A stretch of 62,819 nucleotides of DNA, the filler included. It is 6 parts of 6 records of this genome, joined end to end, with 100 filler letters (N's around TTAATTAATTAA, not from the genome) between each part and the next. Parts side by side here need not be neighbours in the genome. Positions count along the whole stretch, not along the records: positions 29,167 to 41,625 come from DRR378314_747; positions 41,726 to 62,819 come from DRR378314_756; 4 more parts are not named here. One strand, 5' to 3'. This document shows positions 34,585 through 44,393 of this stretch, one piece after another (the stretch's first letter is position 1; the number at the start of each line of letters is the position of its first letter). The position numbers and the translations under genes were made by a program. The notes beneath the pieces were generated by a model. The model did not search any database. It had not been told where the DNA came from and saw only the letters and a list, made by a program, of their open reading frames with translations.

Positions 34585-35430
34585 TCAAAGACCGACCAAA
34601 GCCCTGATCTCTGCGGGTGAAGCCCCTTGTTGGCGATAGAGCGAAATGGCACGGGCATCATCGCGTTTTGCAAGCCGTTTTCCCGTCGTGTCTCGGATCA
34701 ACCTATGGTGATGATAAACCGGTGTTGGCAATCCAAGCAGGCCTTGCAGCAGTACGTGTATCTGCGTTGCGTCGAAAAGGTCCTCTCCACGCACCACATA
34801 CGTGATGTTCTGATCGGCGTCGTCAACGACAACGGATAAATGGTAAGAACTGCCCATATTTCGCCGAACGAGGATAATATCGCCAACCGCGTGTAGAAGG
34901 GTGTTGGCATCAAGTGGGTGCGTCCCTGCAAATGCCTCACCGGTTTCACAAAACGTACGAAGTTCGGATGCGATTATGGCCTTATTCATATCCAAACGCA
35001 GAACATCTTGAGGGTCCGCATCCGAAAGAGGGCGCTTGCGGCAGGTGCCCGGATAGATGCGCCCGTCTGGCCCAAACTGGGGCACACCTTCCTGCGGCGC
35101 TCCGGCCGCGGTTTCGATATCGGCCCGCTTGCATCCGCAGGGATAAACCAGCCCTAAATCTATCAACGCTTCAAGCGTCTGACGATATTGCCCAAGCCTG
35201 TCGGATTGGCGCATCACCGGTTGTGGCCAGCACAAGCCAAGCCAATGCAGATCATCGTAAATCTGGGTTTCCCATTGGGAACGGGATCGCGATTGATCGA
35301 TATCTTCGATGCGCAATAAAAACTCACCGCCCGCAGCCTGCGCTAGATCATATGCCAGAAGCGCGGAATAAGCATGCCCCAGATGCAGCGGACCCGTCGG
35401 AGACGGAGCGAAACGCGTTGTGAATGTCAC
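34585..35430 (-). CDS. gluQ: Glutamyl-Q tRNA(Asp) synthetase
   Basis: RFAPSPTGPLHLGH, LRIEDID, YPGTCR, YHL.VVVDD, VRG.DL, KRLAKR; no anticodon-binding domain. Confidence 0.93.
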   Translation of the reverse strand: MTFTTRFAPSPTGPLHLGHAYSALLAYDLAQAAGGEFLLRIEDIDQSRSRSQWETQIYDDLHWLGLCWPQPVMRQSDRLGQYRQTLEALIDLGLVYPCGCKRADIETAAGAPQEGVPQFGPDGRIYPGTCRKRPLSDADPQDVLRLDMNKAIIASELRTFCETGEAFAGTHPLDANTLLHAVGDIILVRRNMGSSYHLSVVVDDADQNITYVVRGEDLFDATQIHVLLQGLLGLPTPVYHHHRLIRDTTGKRLAKRDDARAISLYRQQGASPAEIRALVGL

Positions 35431-36041
35431 GCTTTTTCAACAACGTAAACGTCAGATTTCATGTCCATTCCGGGTAAATGTGGGCCATATTCGCGAAATA
35501 GCAGCCGTGCATGGCCCATGTCCAGCCAATCGTTTAGGCGCCCGGTATATGCCCGCTCGGCCAGCGTGTGATCATTGAAGGAAAACGCCAGATAACCGCC
35601 ACTGGGCAATGCGTTCATAAGCAAATCGAAGGTTTCTGGTGGAGCTGCACCAACGCTGATGACGCCTATGGATGTAATGGCAGAGTAGGAGCCAGCCTCG
35701 ATCGGTTCAGAATCTGCCAAATCAAAACTGATCAGTTTGCGGTAGACCTCTTTGGTCGCTGCCCTTTCCAGCATCTTTGGTGTCGGGTCCATCCCGTCGA
35801 TGACGCGAAATCCGGCCTTGTTCAGTGCCACACCGGACAACCCCGTGCCACACCCATAGTCCAGCACCGGAGTATCAGCATCGGAAACAAAAGACTTTAA
35901 CGCCGCCGCAACACGATCCGGGGTAACATAGCCATGTTCACCAACCTCATCATCATAAGAGCCCGCCCATTTCTGATAGTGGTCATGGGTGTCCTCGGCA
36001 GAATTCAGATTGTACGTGTCTTTCAAAAACTTGTCGCTCAT
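35427..36041 (-). CDS. Class I SAM-dependent methyltransferase
   Basis: Y..WA..YD, VLDYGCGTGLSG, IDG.D....ML. Confidence 0.9.
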   Translation of the reverse strand: MSDKFLKDTYNLNSAEDTHDHYQKWAGSYDDEVGEHGYVTPDRVAAALKSFVSDADTPVLDYGCGTGLSGVALNKAGFRVIDGMDPTPKMLERAATKEVYRKLISFDLADSEPIEAGSYSAITSIGVISVGAAPPETFDLLMNALPSGGYLAFSFNDHTLAERAYTGRLNDWLDMGHARLLFREYGPHLPGMDMKSDVYVVEKA

Positions 36042-36078
36042 ACCTACATGTTAGGCGCAGGCCGGGAGTGGCGTCCAG

Positions 36079-37419
36079 TCAACACTGGTTTACCCAATCG
36101 CTCCAGACAGCTTTCGCCCGATCGGTATATGCTTTGTAGCGATCCTTACGACCCCGTCGGCCACCTTTCAAACCATCAACCGGGCGGAACAAACCGAAAT
36201 TTACGTTCATCGGCTGAAAGGTCTTGGCTTCAGCACCGCCGGTGATGTGATGGATCAGGGCACCCATTGCGCTGTCTTGCGGCAGGTCGGGCAGGGTGCG
36301 GCCCAATATTTCTGCTGCGGCCAGACGGCCAGCCAGCAGACCCATCGCAGCGCTTTCCACATACCCCTCGACCCCGGTTATCTGACCTGCAAATCGAATA
36401 TTGGGTTGGGATTTCAGGCGCATCTGCGCGTCCAGCAAAGTCGGAGAGTTGATAAATGTGTTGCGGTGAATACCGCCCAACCGCGCAAAACTGGCGTTTT
36501 CCAATCCCGGTATCATACGAAATACTTCGGTCTGTGCCCCGTATTTCATCTTGGTCTGAAAGCCCACTATGTTGAACAACGTGCCCAGAGCATTGTCGCG
36601 GCGCAGCTGAACCACGGCATAGGGCTTTACATCCGGCTCATGTGGATTTGTCAGGCCAACGGGTTTCATCGGGCCGTGGCGCGGGGTTTCACGGCCGCGC
36701 TCAGCCATGACTTCGATTGGCAGGCAGCCATCAAAATAACCAGCGGTTTCACCTTCGTGGAACTCGGTCTTATCTGCGGCCAGCAGCGCGTCAATGAACG
36801 CTTCGTACTGATCGCGATCCATCGGGCAATTAAGGTAGGCGGTCCTCTCTTCTTCGGTCTCGCCCTTATCATAGCGGGACTGCATCCAGGCTTTGCTCAT
36901 ATCGATGCTATCCGCATAGATGATAGGGGCGATGGCATCGAAGAAGGCCAACGCCTCGGCGCCAGTCTCGGCGCGAATGGCCTGACCCAAGGTGGGTGAT
37001 GTCAGCGGGCCGGTGGCGAATATCCAGTGGCCCTCTTTGGGCAGTGTCGTGACTTCTTCGCCTGTGACCGAGACGTGCGGATGGGCCCTCAGCTTGGTTG
37101 TCACAGATTCGGCAAACGGATCGCGATCTACTGCAAGCGCGCCACCCGCAGGCAAACGATGGCTATCGGCGGTTGTCATGATCAACCCGTTTGCTGCGCG
37201 CATCTCCCAATGCAGCAAGCCGACAGCGTTCTGTTCGTCATCATCTGAGCGGAAAGAGTTTGAACACACCATCTCGGCCAGATTGCCAGTCTGATGCGCA
37301 AAGGTGCCCACGTTGGGCCGCATTTCGTGGATCACAACATCCACGCCCATTTCCGCCGCCTGCCAGGCCGCCTCGGACCCGGCCATGCCGCCGCCCACGA
37401 TATGCAATTTGTCTGTCAT
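36079..37419 (-). CDS. trmFO: Folate/FAD-dependent tRNA (uracil-54-C5)-methyltransferase
   Basis: [68 protein letters not shown]. Confidence 0.97.
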   Translation of the reverse strand: MTDKLHIVGGGMAGSEAAWQAAEMGVDVVIHEMRPNVGTFAHQTGNLAEMVCSNSFRSDDDEQNAVGLLHWEMRAANGLIMTTADSHRLPAGGALAVDRDPFAESVTTKLRAHPHVSVTGEEVTTLPKEGHWIFATGPLTSPTLGQAIRAETGAEALAFFDAIAPIIYADSIDMSKAWMQSRYDKGETEEERTAYLNCPMDRDQYEAFIDALLAADKTEFHEGETAGYFDGCLPIEVMAERGRETPRHGPMKPVGLTNPHEPDVKPYAVVQLRRDNALGTLFNIVGFQTKMKYGAQTEVFRMIPGLENASFARLGGIHRNTFINSPTLLDAQMRLKSQPNIRFAGQITGVEGYVESAAMGLLAGRLAAAEILGRTLPDLPQDSAMGALIHHITGGAEAKTFQPMNVNFGLFRPVDGLKGGRRGRKDRYKAYTDRAKAVWSDWVNQC

Positions 37420-37489
37420 GCGCTGCCAAATAAGGCAGAGCAACGTCATGCGCAATGCGCAGTTGTCAGTCTAATTTTTGGATGAAGTC

Positions 37490-37568
37490 TTGGGGTCGCC
37501 GCTGCGGGAATGTCTGCGCCGGTGAGAGAAACCAGCTGGAGGGACCTTCCGCCCACGGCGACCCAAAA
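37490..37568 (-). ncRNA. Candidate structured RNA (long irregular hairpin) upstream of trmFO
   Basis: GGGUCGCCG/CGGCGACCC outer stem, GCUGGU-UUCUCUC-ACCGGC apical hairpin (the U-G pair works only on the minus strand), bulged CCUCCA. Confidence 0.4.
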
Positions 37569-37669
37569 GTATGTTCAGGCCTTAGCCTCGTCCCAGCATT
37601 GCCACAGTGTCGCCCTTTTGGAAAGTGCAAAAATGCGAACAGTAGAGAAAAATGTATGAAATAGTCGCC

Positions 37670-38455
37670 TTACTGACGCCAATTTGGCGGTCGTTTTTCA
37701 ATAAAGGCGTTAATTCCTTCTTCAGTATTTCGGTCCATCATGTTTTGCGCCATTACCTCAGCGGTGTAGGCGTAGGCCTGATCGGTGGACATTGTAATCT
37801 GTTGATAGAATGCAGTTTTGCCGATCTTGACCGCGCTGCTCAGCTTGGTCGCCAGCTTTTCAGCCAATGCATTTGTTTCCTCGGCCAGCTGATGCTCTGG
37901 AACAAATCGATTGATCAAACCCAGTTTAGCTGCACGCTCGGCTGTGATAAAGTCACCTGAAGTTAACATCTCAAACGCTTGTTTACGTGGTATATTACGA
38001 CTGAGAGCCACCATAGGCGTCGAGCAGAACAGGCCTATATTGACCCCATTCACCCCAAAACGCGTTCCCTCGGCCGCGATTGCCAAATCGCAGGTTGCTA
38101 CCAGTTGACAGCCCGCAGCGGTGGCGATGCCGTGCGTTTGTGCAATCACCGGCTGTGGCAAGGACTGAATGGTCATCATCATTTTGGCGCACCGATCAAA
38201 AAGATCTTGAAAATATGATAGCCCACCGTCGCTGGCCTGACGGCCTTGCGTCATCTGTTTCAGATCGTGCCCTGCGCAGAACGCTTTTCCCGCGCCGGAA
38301 AGAATAATGACGCGAATCGTCTTGTCGTCACGCAATGCGTCGAATTCGGCCTGCAGGGCTGCCAGCATTTCGTCACTAAGTGCGTTCAACCGCTCGGGCG
38401 CGTTCATCTTTAGCCGCGCTATTGCACCTGTGTCGCTACGTTCCAGAATTGCCAT
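37670..38455 (-). CDS. Enoyl-CoA hydratase/isomerase family protein (ECHDC3-like)
   Basis: NALS..ML, AFCAGHDLK, ATAAGCQLVATCDLA, GV..GLFCSTP. Confidence 0.93.
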   Translation of the reverse strand: MAILERSDTGAIARLKMNAPERLNALSDEMLAALQAEFDALRDDKTIRVIILSGAGKAFCAGHDLKQMTQGRQASDGGLSYFQDLFDRCAKMMMTIQSLPQPVIAQTHGIATAAGCQLVATCDLAIAAEGTRFGVNGVNIGLFCSTPMVALSRNIPRKQAFEMLTSGDFITAERAAKLGLINRFVPEHQLAEETNALAEKLATKLSSAVKIGKTAFYQQITMSTDQAYAYTAEVMAQNMMDRNTEEGINAFIEKRPPNWRQ

Positions 38456-38501
38456 CTTGCCCTCCCGCTGGCGTTCGGGCCAACTCTAGGCGGGCAGAGC
38501 C

Positions 38502-38957
38502 ATGAGGGGAAGCATGTCATTAGCGCTGAATAAACAAGAACTGATCGAATATCTGGAACTCGTGTTTCCACAGGTTCACAACGACTTTGTCGTAGAGGAT
38601 TTGACGGAAACAACGATCAAGATGCGCCTGAAAGTTGGGAACCGTCATCTGCGGCCTGGTGGCACTGTATCCGGCCCATCCATGTTCGGGCTGGCTGATG
38701 TCAGCGTGTATGCAATGGTTCTGGCGCGAAAGGGTCGGCAATCACTGGCGGTAACCACCAGCAGTTCGATGGATTTCTTACGCAAACCCGAAAGCGAGAC
38801 CGACTTAATTGCCGAATGTAAGCTATTGAAATTGGGCCGAACCTTGGCCGTTGGAGATGTACTTATGTATTCGGACGGATCCGACAAACCTGTGGCCCGG
38901 GCAAGCATGACCTATTCCATTCCCCCGGAAGGATCAGCCGCAGCGGCGTTCGGATAA
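38502..38957 (+). CDS. PaaI family thioesterase
   Basis: HLRPGGTVSGP.MF.LADV, AVT.....DFLRKP, LLKLGRTL.VG; start may be 38514. Confidence 0.9.
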   Translation: MRGSMSLALNKQELIEYLELVFPQVHNDFVVEDLTETTIKMRLKVGNRHLRPGGTVSGPSMFGLADVSVYAMVLARKGRQSLAVTTSSSMDFLRKPESETDLIAECKLLKLGRTLAVGDVLMYSDGSDKPVARASMTYSIPPEGSAAAAFG

Positions 38958-38982
38958 AAAGGGCCGGGGATAGACCCCGGCC
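38956..38982 (-). terminator. Terminator downstream of the DUF1127 gene (possibly bidirectional)
   Basis: GGCCGGGG-N5-CCCCGGCC with a T tract on the minus strand. Confidence 0.75.
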
Positions 38983-39016
38983 AGGAAGAGGTCCCTTAGA
39001 TGGGACTGGGGATAAA

Positions 39017-39244
39017 CTATTTCATCCAGAAGTGGCGGCTGACTTCCGCATCGGCGCGATGGCGCGTCAGTCCGACATCGCGAAGCAGCCTGTCATCCAG
39101 TTTGCCCAAATTTATGCGGCTGCGGCGGCGTTGCTCCCACTGTGTGACACTCGCCGCGAACCGCACGGCCAGCGCGGCGATAAGCGGCAGCCGAGGGCTG
39201 TCGTTCAGCAGCAAGAGGGCGGGGTTGTGCATTGCGCGTGTCAT
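39017..39244 (-). CDS. DUF1127 (YjiS-like) small protein
   Basis: W..RRRSR..L..LDDRLLRDVGLTR..A..E....FW; AAAGGA RBS. Confidence 0.92.
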   Translation of the reverse strand: MTRAMHNPALLLLNDSPRLPLIAALAVRFAASVTQWEQRRRSRINLGKLDDRLLRDVGLTRHRADAEVSRHFWMK

Positions 39245-39343
39245 CTTGGGTATCCTTTCAAATTGTATTGACACAAAACTAACATGTTCGGTACAGTATT
39301 TTGATACATTCAACATTGTGTCGGAATCAAAGGAAGAATTGTA

Positions 39344-40747
39344 ATGGATACAATTTGGCCAGAGGCGCTCCCGAAATCCAAAGGTCCAAAGTACACTCTG
39401 GTCGCCGACACGATCCGAAAAGCGATAGAAAACAAATCACTGGAGGTTGGAAAGAAACTGCCTCCGGTCCGCGAACTGGCGTATCGACTTAAGATCACAC
39501 CAGGAACAGTTGCCCGAGCCTATACAATTCTGACGGATGAAGGTTTGCTACAAGCAGAAGTTGGGCGTGGTACATTTGTTGCCCCACCGCGATCGCCCAT
39601 TCTGGATGATGTCTGGTCGCGTCAACTGCATCTCAGAGACGACAAGTATGAGTCCAACGTCAGTCTGTTCAGCCCACGCTTGCCGGATGTCGGGCAGGTA
39701 AGCTTGATCCGAAAATGCCTTGAAAAGGTTGCAAAAGGCGATCCCCGGATGTTCATGAACTATCCGACCCGAGACGCCTATCAACCAGTACGCCAGGTCG
39801 TGGCCGACTGGTTGTCTGAACTCCCACTTGGCTCGTTGACTGCGGATGACATTGTACTGACCCATGGCGGGCAAAGCGGTATTTGCGTCGTGTTCCAGAC
39901 CCTTCTGAAAGATCCAAAACCCGTCGTGCTGGTTGAAGACCTGTCCTATGCCGGGTTCCGGCGGGCGGGGGAGTTGATGCGCGCAGAGATTGTAGGAGTA
40001 AAGATGGACAAGTGGGGCATCAGCCCCGATGCGCTGGATCACATCCTTAGGCAAACAAAGGCGCAGGCAATCTGCGTTTCACCCGAGGTGCAGAACCCGA
40101 CGGGTGGCCATTCGCCGTTAGAGCGGCGCAAGGAAGTGGTCGAGATTGCACGCAAATATGGCCTCCAGATCGTCGAAGATGATTGTTACCGAATGGGTGA
40201 GGCCCGCGCGCCCAGTTATAGGGCGTTGGCACCTGAGCGGGGTTGGCACGTCTCATCAATCTCAAAAACCCTGACGCCTGCGCTGCGCGTTGGTTTCGCT
40301 ATCGCGCCAAAAGAGCGGAGTGTCGATCTGCGCCGATGTGCTGAGTACGGGTATTTCGGGCTTGCCCAACCTTTGGCCGAATTGACGCGGTTGTTGTTGG
40401 GGCACCCTGAGGCAAGGCAACTGGCAAAAGATGTCCGCGTTAAGATGGGGGAATATGTGCGGGTCGCAGTAAATGCCTTGGGTGGATTTGACCTGAATTG
40501 GGATTCAGAAATTCCCTTTGTCTGGCTGCATTTGCCGTCAGGCTGGCGTTCCGCTGCGTTCAGTCGCGCGGCAGAGCGTGAAGGCATTCAACTGCGATCT
40601 GCGGACGAATTTGCGCTGCGTGACGGTCGCGCACCAAATGCAGTCCGCATTGCAGTAAATGGGCATGTCTCGTTGGAGAAGTTCGAAGATGCCATGCTTC
40701 GTCTACGGGCGCTGTTGGACAACCCGCCAGAACAAATAAGCGTCTAG
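39344..40747 (+). CDS. MocR/GntR-family PLP-dependent regulator
   Basis: GntR wHTH (G.KLP.VR.LA..L....GTV.RAY..L...G......GRGTFV) plus aminotransferase domain (QNPTG, IVEDD.Y, SISK...P.LR.G). Confidence 0.95.
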   Translation: MDTIWPEALPKSKGPKYTLVADTIRKAIENKSLEVGKKLPPVRELAYRLKITPGTVARAYTILTDEGLLQAEVGRGTFVAPPRSPILDDVWSRQLHLRDDKYESNVSLFSPRLPDVGQVSLIRKCLEKVAKGDPRMFMNYPTRDAYQPVRQVVADWLSELPLGSLTADDIVLTHGGQSGICVVFQTLLKDPKPVVLVEDLSYAGFRRAGELMRAEIVGVKMDKWGISPDALDHILRQTKAQAICVSPEVQNPTGGHSPLERRKEVVEIARKYGLQIVEDDCYRMGEARAPSYRALAPERGWHVSSISKTLTPALRVGFAIAPKERSVDLRRCAEYGYFGLAQPLAELTRLLLGHPEARQLAKDVRVKMGEYVRVAVNALGGFDLNWDSEIPFVWLHLPSGWRSAAFSRAAEREGIQLRSADEFALRDGRAPNAVRIAVNGHVSLEKFEDAMLRLRALLDNPPEQISV

Positions 40748-40750
40748 CGA

Positions 40751-41116
40751 CTATTTCATCGGCGTAGGATCGCCGAAGAATCCTGCCAAATGGGCAATCT
40801 TACCTTCATCATCGCGACGGATGAAATCATGCCCAGACACCATGACCGAACCATCAGGCGCAACCATGTGCCAGGTAAAATGTACCACATCATGGTGCGA
40901 GGATGGTTCACTGGTTATGTCCACCCGTCCATTCGAATTCTGTAAAACTTCACCGATATGGGTGCAGAGTTGATCTCTGCCCGAAACCTGAGCGGTCGGA
41001 TCGACATACTGGCCGGTTTCTGAAAAGCAACGCTTTAGCAACTCAAGCCGTTTGTCATCGCTATGTTCCTGCCAGGCAGCCCCATAATCTGCGATGATTT
41101 GGTTCAGTTCTATCAT
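40751..41116 (-). CDS. SnoaL/NTF2-like protein
   Basis: Y..AW.E.....R..LL...F.....Y.DP.....GR; F.W.......G.DF......GKI....GFF. Confidence 0.8.
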   Translation of the reverse strand: MIELNQIIADYGAAWQEHSDDKRLELLKRCFSETGQYVDPTAQVSGRDQLCTHIGEVLQNSNGRVDITSEPSSHHDVVHFTWHMVAPDGSVMVSGHDFIRRDDEGKIAHLAGFFGDPTPMK

Positions 41117-41358
41117 GTCATCCTCCGAAGCATACTGAGGTCGATTATTGATAGTTGTACCAGAGCGGTGAAATCTAATCCAATTTCGGGGGTAATATGT
41201 GGGGTAAAATAATACCTATTTTATAAGTTGTTGTTTTGGCTCAGCTATATTAAAGGTGCGGCGCTTGACGAGACATCAGGGGGTGTCTAGATACGCATCC
41301 ATCGAATTCGGGCCGCTCCGCTGGGGCGGTCTTTCACATCAAACAGGACTATCCTGCC

Positions 41359-41625
41359 ATGAAAACCTTTTCTGCAACCCCTGCAGACATCGACAAGAAA
41401 TGGATCCTGATCGACGCCGAGGGCGTTGTTTTGGGTCGTCTTGCGTCGATCGTAGCCATGCGCCTGCGTGGTAAGCACAAGCCGTCCTTCACTCCGAATA
41501 TGGACATGGGCGACAATGTCATCGTGATCAACGCTGACAAAATCCAGATGACCGGCAAGAAGCGTGAAGAAAACTTCTACTGGCACACTGGCCACCCGGG
41601 CGGCATCAAATCCCGCACCAAACAG
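41359..41625 (+). CDS. rplM: 50S ribosomal protein L13, 3'-truncated
   Basis: W.LIDA...VLGRLAS.VA..LRGKHKP.FTP..D.GD.VIVINA.K. Confidence 0.98.
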
Positions 41626-41725
41626 NNNNNNNNNNNNNNNNNNNNNNNNNNNNNNNNNNNNNNNNNNNNTTAATTAATTAANNNNNNNNNNNNNNNNNNN
41701 NNNNNNNNNNNNNNNNNNNNNNNNN
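41626..41725. other. Artificial contig spacer
   Basis: N44-TTAATTAATTAA-N44. Confidence 0.99.
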
Positions 41726-41755
41726 AAGGTTCAAGGTTCAAGGTTCAAGGTTCAA
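41726..41755 (+). repeat. Heptanucleotide tandem repeat (AAGGTTC)x4+, truncated by contig edge
   Basis: aaggttc aaggttc aaggttc aaggttc aa. Confidence 0.9.
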
Positions 41756-41767
41756 ATTAAGGATAGT

Positions 41768-44209
41768 ATGATCAAACGTATCACATGGGGACTCGTGTTT
41801 TTATTGCTGAGTGTTTTAACACTTGGCTACGTATTTCGTATGCCTATAACTCAATGGGCTATAGCACCCTCTTTGAGCCAATCTGGTATTGAATTACATT
41901 GTTTAGATTGGTCACTAAATGCAAATATTAGCTTAAACGTATCGCGAGTGTGCCTGACTTATCAAGGTCATCAAATTGAGCTTGGTAGCATAGTCGCTGA
42001 TACAAATAAAATAACCGTTGGTCGTGCTAACCTTCGCTTAAATAATAACGAAAGTGACTCGTCAAGTAATGACTCATTTAAAAAGCTGGCACTTAATTTA
42101 CCCAAAGAGCGGCCTAAAATTGAGATCAAAAGGCTGCTAATTAGCCACCCACAACTTCATGATGAACTGTCGGTTAGCGTTGCTGAAGAAAAGCTAAATA
42201 CATTTGTGATCTCAGATGATGTAATTGCCGAGATAACAGTCAACAATAATAAAGTTACTGGCCGTTTTAATTTAGCTGATGGATTACTAACAAAGATAAA
42301 GCCGATACCCGCGCTGACGTTAAGCAGTGAGCATGAGTTCACTTTTGATGGGTTATCCGTTGATATAAAGTCAAATATAGATGCTGAGTTTACTCAAGCG
42401 TTTAGTCAATGCCCTGTAATGCTGAATACTTTTGGTGATGTAAATACTTACTATCATTTTAACAATAAAAAAATTTCGTTAAATGCGCAGCAATTAACGA
42501 GCTTGGTTACGTTTGATAGTGATTGTTTGGCGCTAGTAAATAATCCAGCACAGCGTGACTTTATAGCCAAGCAGCTGCCTTTAAAGTGGCAAATCATGCT
42601 GAGTGATACAGTGACGTTTGAAAATGAACAACTTGTTATGCCAGCGATGTTATTGAACGCTCAAAATAGCGAAACAAAGCTGGGTCTGACAAACCTTGCA
42701 ATCAATGTTCAGCAGCCATTAGAGCAAGCCAAAGGCGATATTAGGGTGTTGTTTAGCAGTGAAGATATTGAGCATATAGCAGTAAATGCAGCTTTGAATA
42801 ACTTGGCTATGAATGGCGATTACCAATTACGCGTCGATGAACTGCCTGGTTTTTTACCTGCATCAGCTAAAAAGGTAGCAAGCAAAGGTCAATTTGAAAT
42901 AGCGAATGTTTTACAACTGCAACAAAATGCGAAAATAAGCAGCGAGGTTGCTTTTGCTGAGCTTGGTTTTGATAAATTAACCGCAAAGGGCTACAAGGCA
43001 CAGTTTACGATTGAACTTGACGATAAACAAAATATAAATGCAAGCTTGGATAGCCAATTAGACTCAGTGACTTATGATGAATACCAAGTGCTTGGTATAA
43101 AAAATCAATTATCAGCATCGTCTAGTTTGGCTGTTGGCGAATTATTTGTCGATTTAAACAGTGAAACTAAACTTGCTCAATTTAATAGTGATTTATTAAA
43201 CCTAAGTAATATTCGTATAAGTTCAAAGGGCTTGCAAAGCCGAGCGTTGCAAGCATCACATCATGTATTTATTGATGGTATTGAATTAGTAGCCAGTCAC
43301 CATATATCTGCTGTGGAACACCCATTTGAGATAACAATAGCAGAGCAAGCCGTGACTAAACTTAACCCTGTTTTACAGCAGTTTGAGCCATTAGCAACAC
43401 TGACCGACGGTAGCTTTAATGGCGTTGTACGCGGAGATGTCAATTTACAGCAGGCTGATTTTACATTACAGATAGACCAGCTAAGTGGCTTATATAACGA
43501 TTATTTAGCTAAGAACTTTAGCAGTCGGCTAACGGGAGCATATGATTCAGGGCAGCTTAATGTAGCTCCCACTACATTTGAACTAAATGAGTTACGTGCG
43601 GGTGCTGTTGTGAATAACATAGCAGGAAATTTGAGTGTTGAGAACTCTGTTGCACGCGCTTATCAGTTAACCGGTGATGTGCTGGGTGGTCGCTTCGCCT
43701 TAGATAGCTACAAAGTGACTCAAGAAACTCAGCAGTCCTTGGTCACATTTGAAAGTATTGATGCCAGTAAATTAATTACCTTAGATGATAAATCAGGCAT
43801 TACATTAACAGGTCAAGTGAATGGGCGTTTACCCGTTTACTTTGATCAACAAGGTATTTCAGTAAAGTCGGGTGAGTTATCAAACAAAGGAGCTGGTAAG
43901 CTAATAATTTCTGATAATGCTGCTTTTGATGCGGTTAAAACTCAGCAACAAGAGTTGAGCCCGATTTTAAGTTTGTTAGAGAACCTAGACATTCAGAGTT
44001 TAAACAGTAGTGTCGAATTAAAGCCTGATGGTTGGCTCTATTTAGGTGTAAACTTAAAAGGGTACAATGAAGAACAGGCACAGCAAGTTAACTTCAATTA
44101 CAACCATGAAGAAAATGTATTTACACTCTTAAGAGCATTGCGCTTAAGTGATGAAATTACTCAAAAAGTTGAACAAGAGTATTCAACAAAAGGAACAAAA
44201 AATGACTAA
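41768..44209 (+). CDS. ydbH: YdbH family (AsmA-like) intermembrane lipid transport protein
   Basis: N-terminal TM, long beta-rich body, C-terminal G.V.G.LP...G.N......VNFNY.HEEN.F.LL..L; synteny with ynbE and ydbL. Confidence 0.88.
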   Translation: MIKRITWGLVFLLLSVLTLGYVFRMPITQWAIAPSLSQSGIELHCLDWSLNANISLNVSRVCLTYQGHQIELGSIVADTNKITVGRANLRLNNNESDSSSNDSFKKLALNLPKERPKIEIKRLLISHPQLHDELSVSVAEEKLNTFVISDDVIAEITVNNNKVTGRFNLADGLLTKIKPIPALTLSSEHEFTFDGLSVDIKSNIDAEFTQAFSQCPVMLNTFGDVNTYYHFNNKKISLNAQQLTSLVTFDSDCLALVNNPAQRDFIAKQLPLKWQIMLSDTVTFENEQLVMPAMLLNAQNSETKLGLTNLAINVQQPLEQAKGDIRVLFSSEDIEHIAVNAALNNLAMNGDYQLRVDELPGFLPASAKKVASKGQFEIANVLQLQQNAKISSEVAFAELGFDKLTAKGYKAQFTIELDDKQNINASLDSQLDSVTYDEYQVLGIKNQLSASSSLAVGELFVDLNSETKLAQFNSDLLNLSNIRISSKGLQSRALQASHHVFIDGIELVASHHISAVEHPFEITIAEQAVTKLNPVLQQFEPLATLTDGSFNGVVRGDVNLQQADFTLQIDQLSGLYNDYLAKNFSSRLTGAYDSGQLNVAPTTFELNELRAGAVVNNIAGNLSVENSVARAYQLTGDVLGGRFALDSYKVTQETQQSLVTFESIDASKLITLDDKSGITLTGQVNGRLPVYFDQQGISVKSGELSNKGAGKLIISDNAAFDAVKTQQQELSPILSLLENLDIQSLNSSVELKPDGWLYLGVNLKGYNEEQAQQVNFNYNHEENVFTLLRALRLSDEITQKVEQEYSTKGTKND

Positions 44210-44384
44210 ATGGCTGGTAATATTTACAGCGCTGGGTTTACTTAGTGCATGTACTCACCGTGTTGAAGTGGCGGCGAAAGAGCCTATCACTATTAATTTA
44301 AACGTGAAGGTTGATCATGAAATTCGTGTGAAAGTTGATAAAGAGCTAGATGATCTATTTGGCGATGACAGTGAATTATTCTAA
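44202..44384 (+). CDS. ynbE: YnbE family lipoprotein
   Basis: Lipobox LSAC; KEPITINLNVK.DHEIR.KVDK.......S.LF. Confidence 0.92.
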   Translation: MTKWLVIFTALGLLSACTHRVEVAAKEPITINLNVKVDHEIRVKVDKELDDLFGDDSELF

Positions 44385-44393
44385 GGAGCAATT

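Noticed and set aside
36670-36700. TrmFO reads [11 protein letters not shown] where RETLR(F/H)GPMKP is expected
   Set aside because: A single substitution that could be a polymorphism or base-call error. The rest of the gene is intact.
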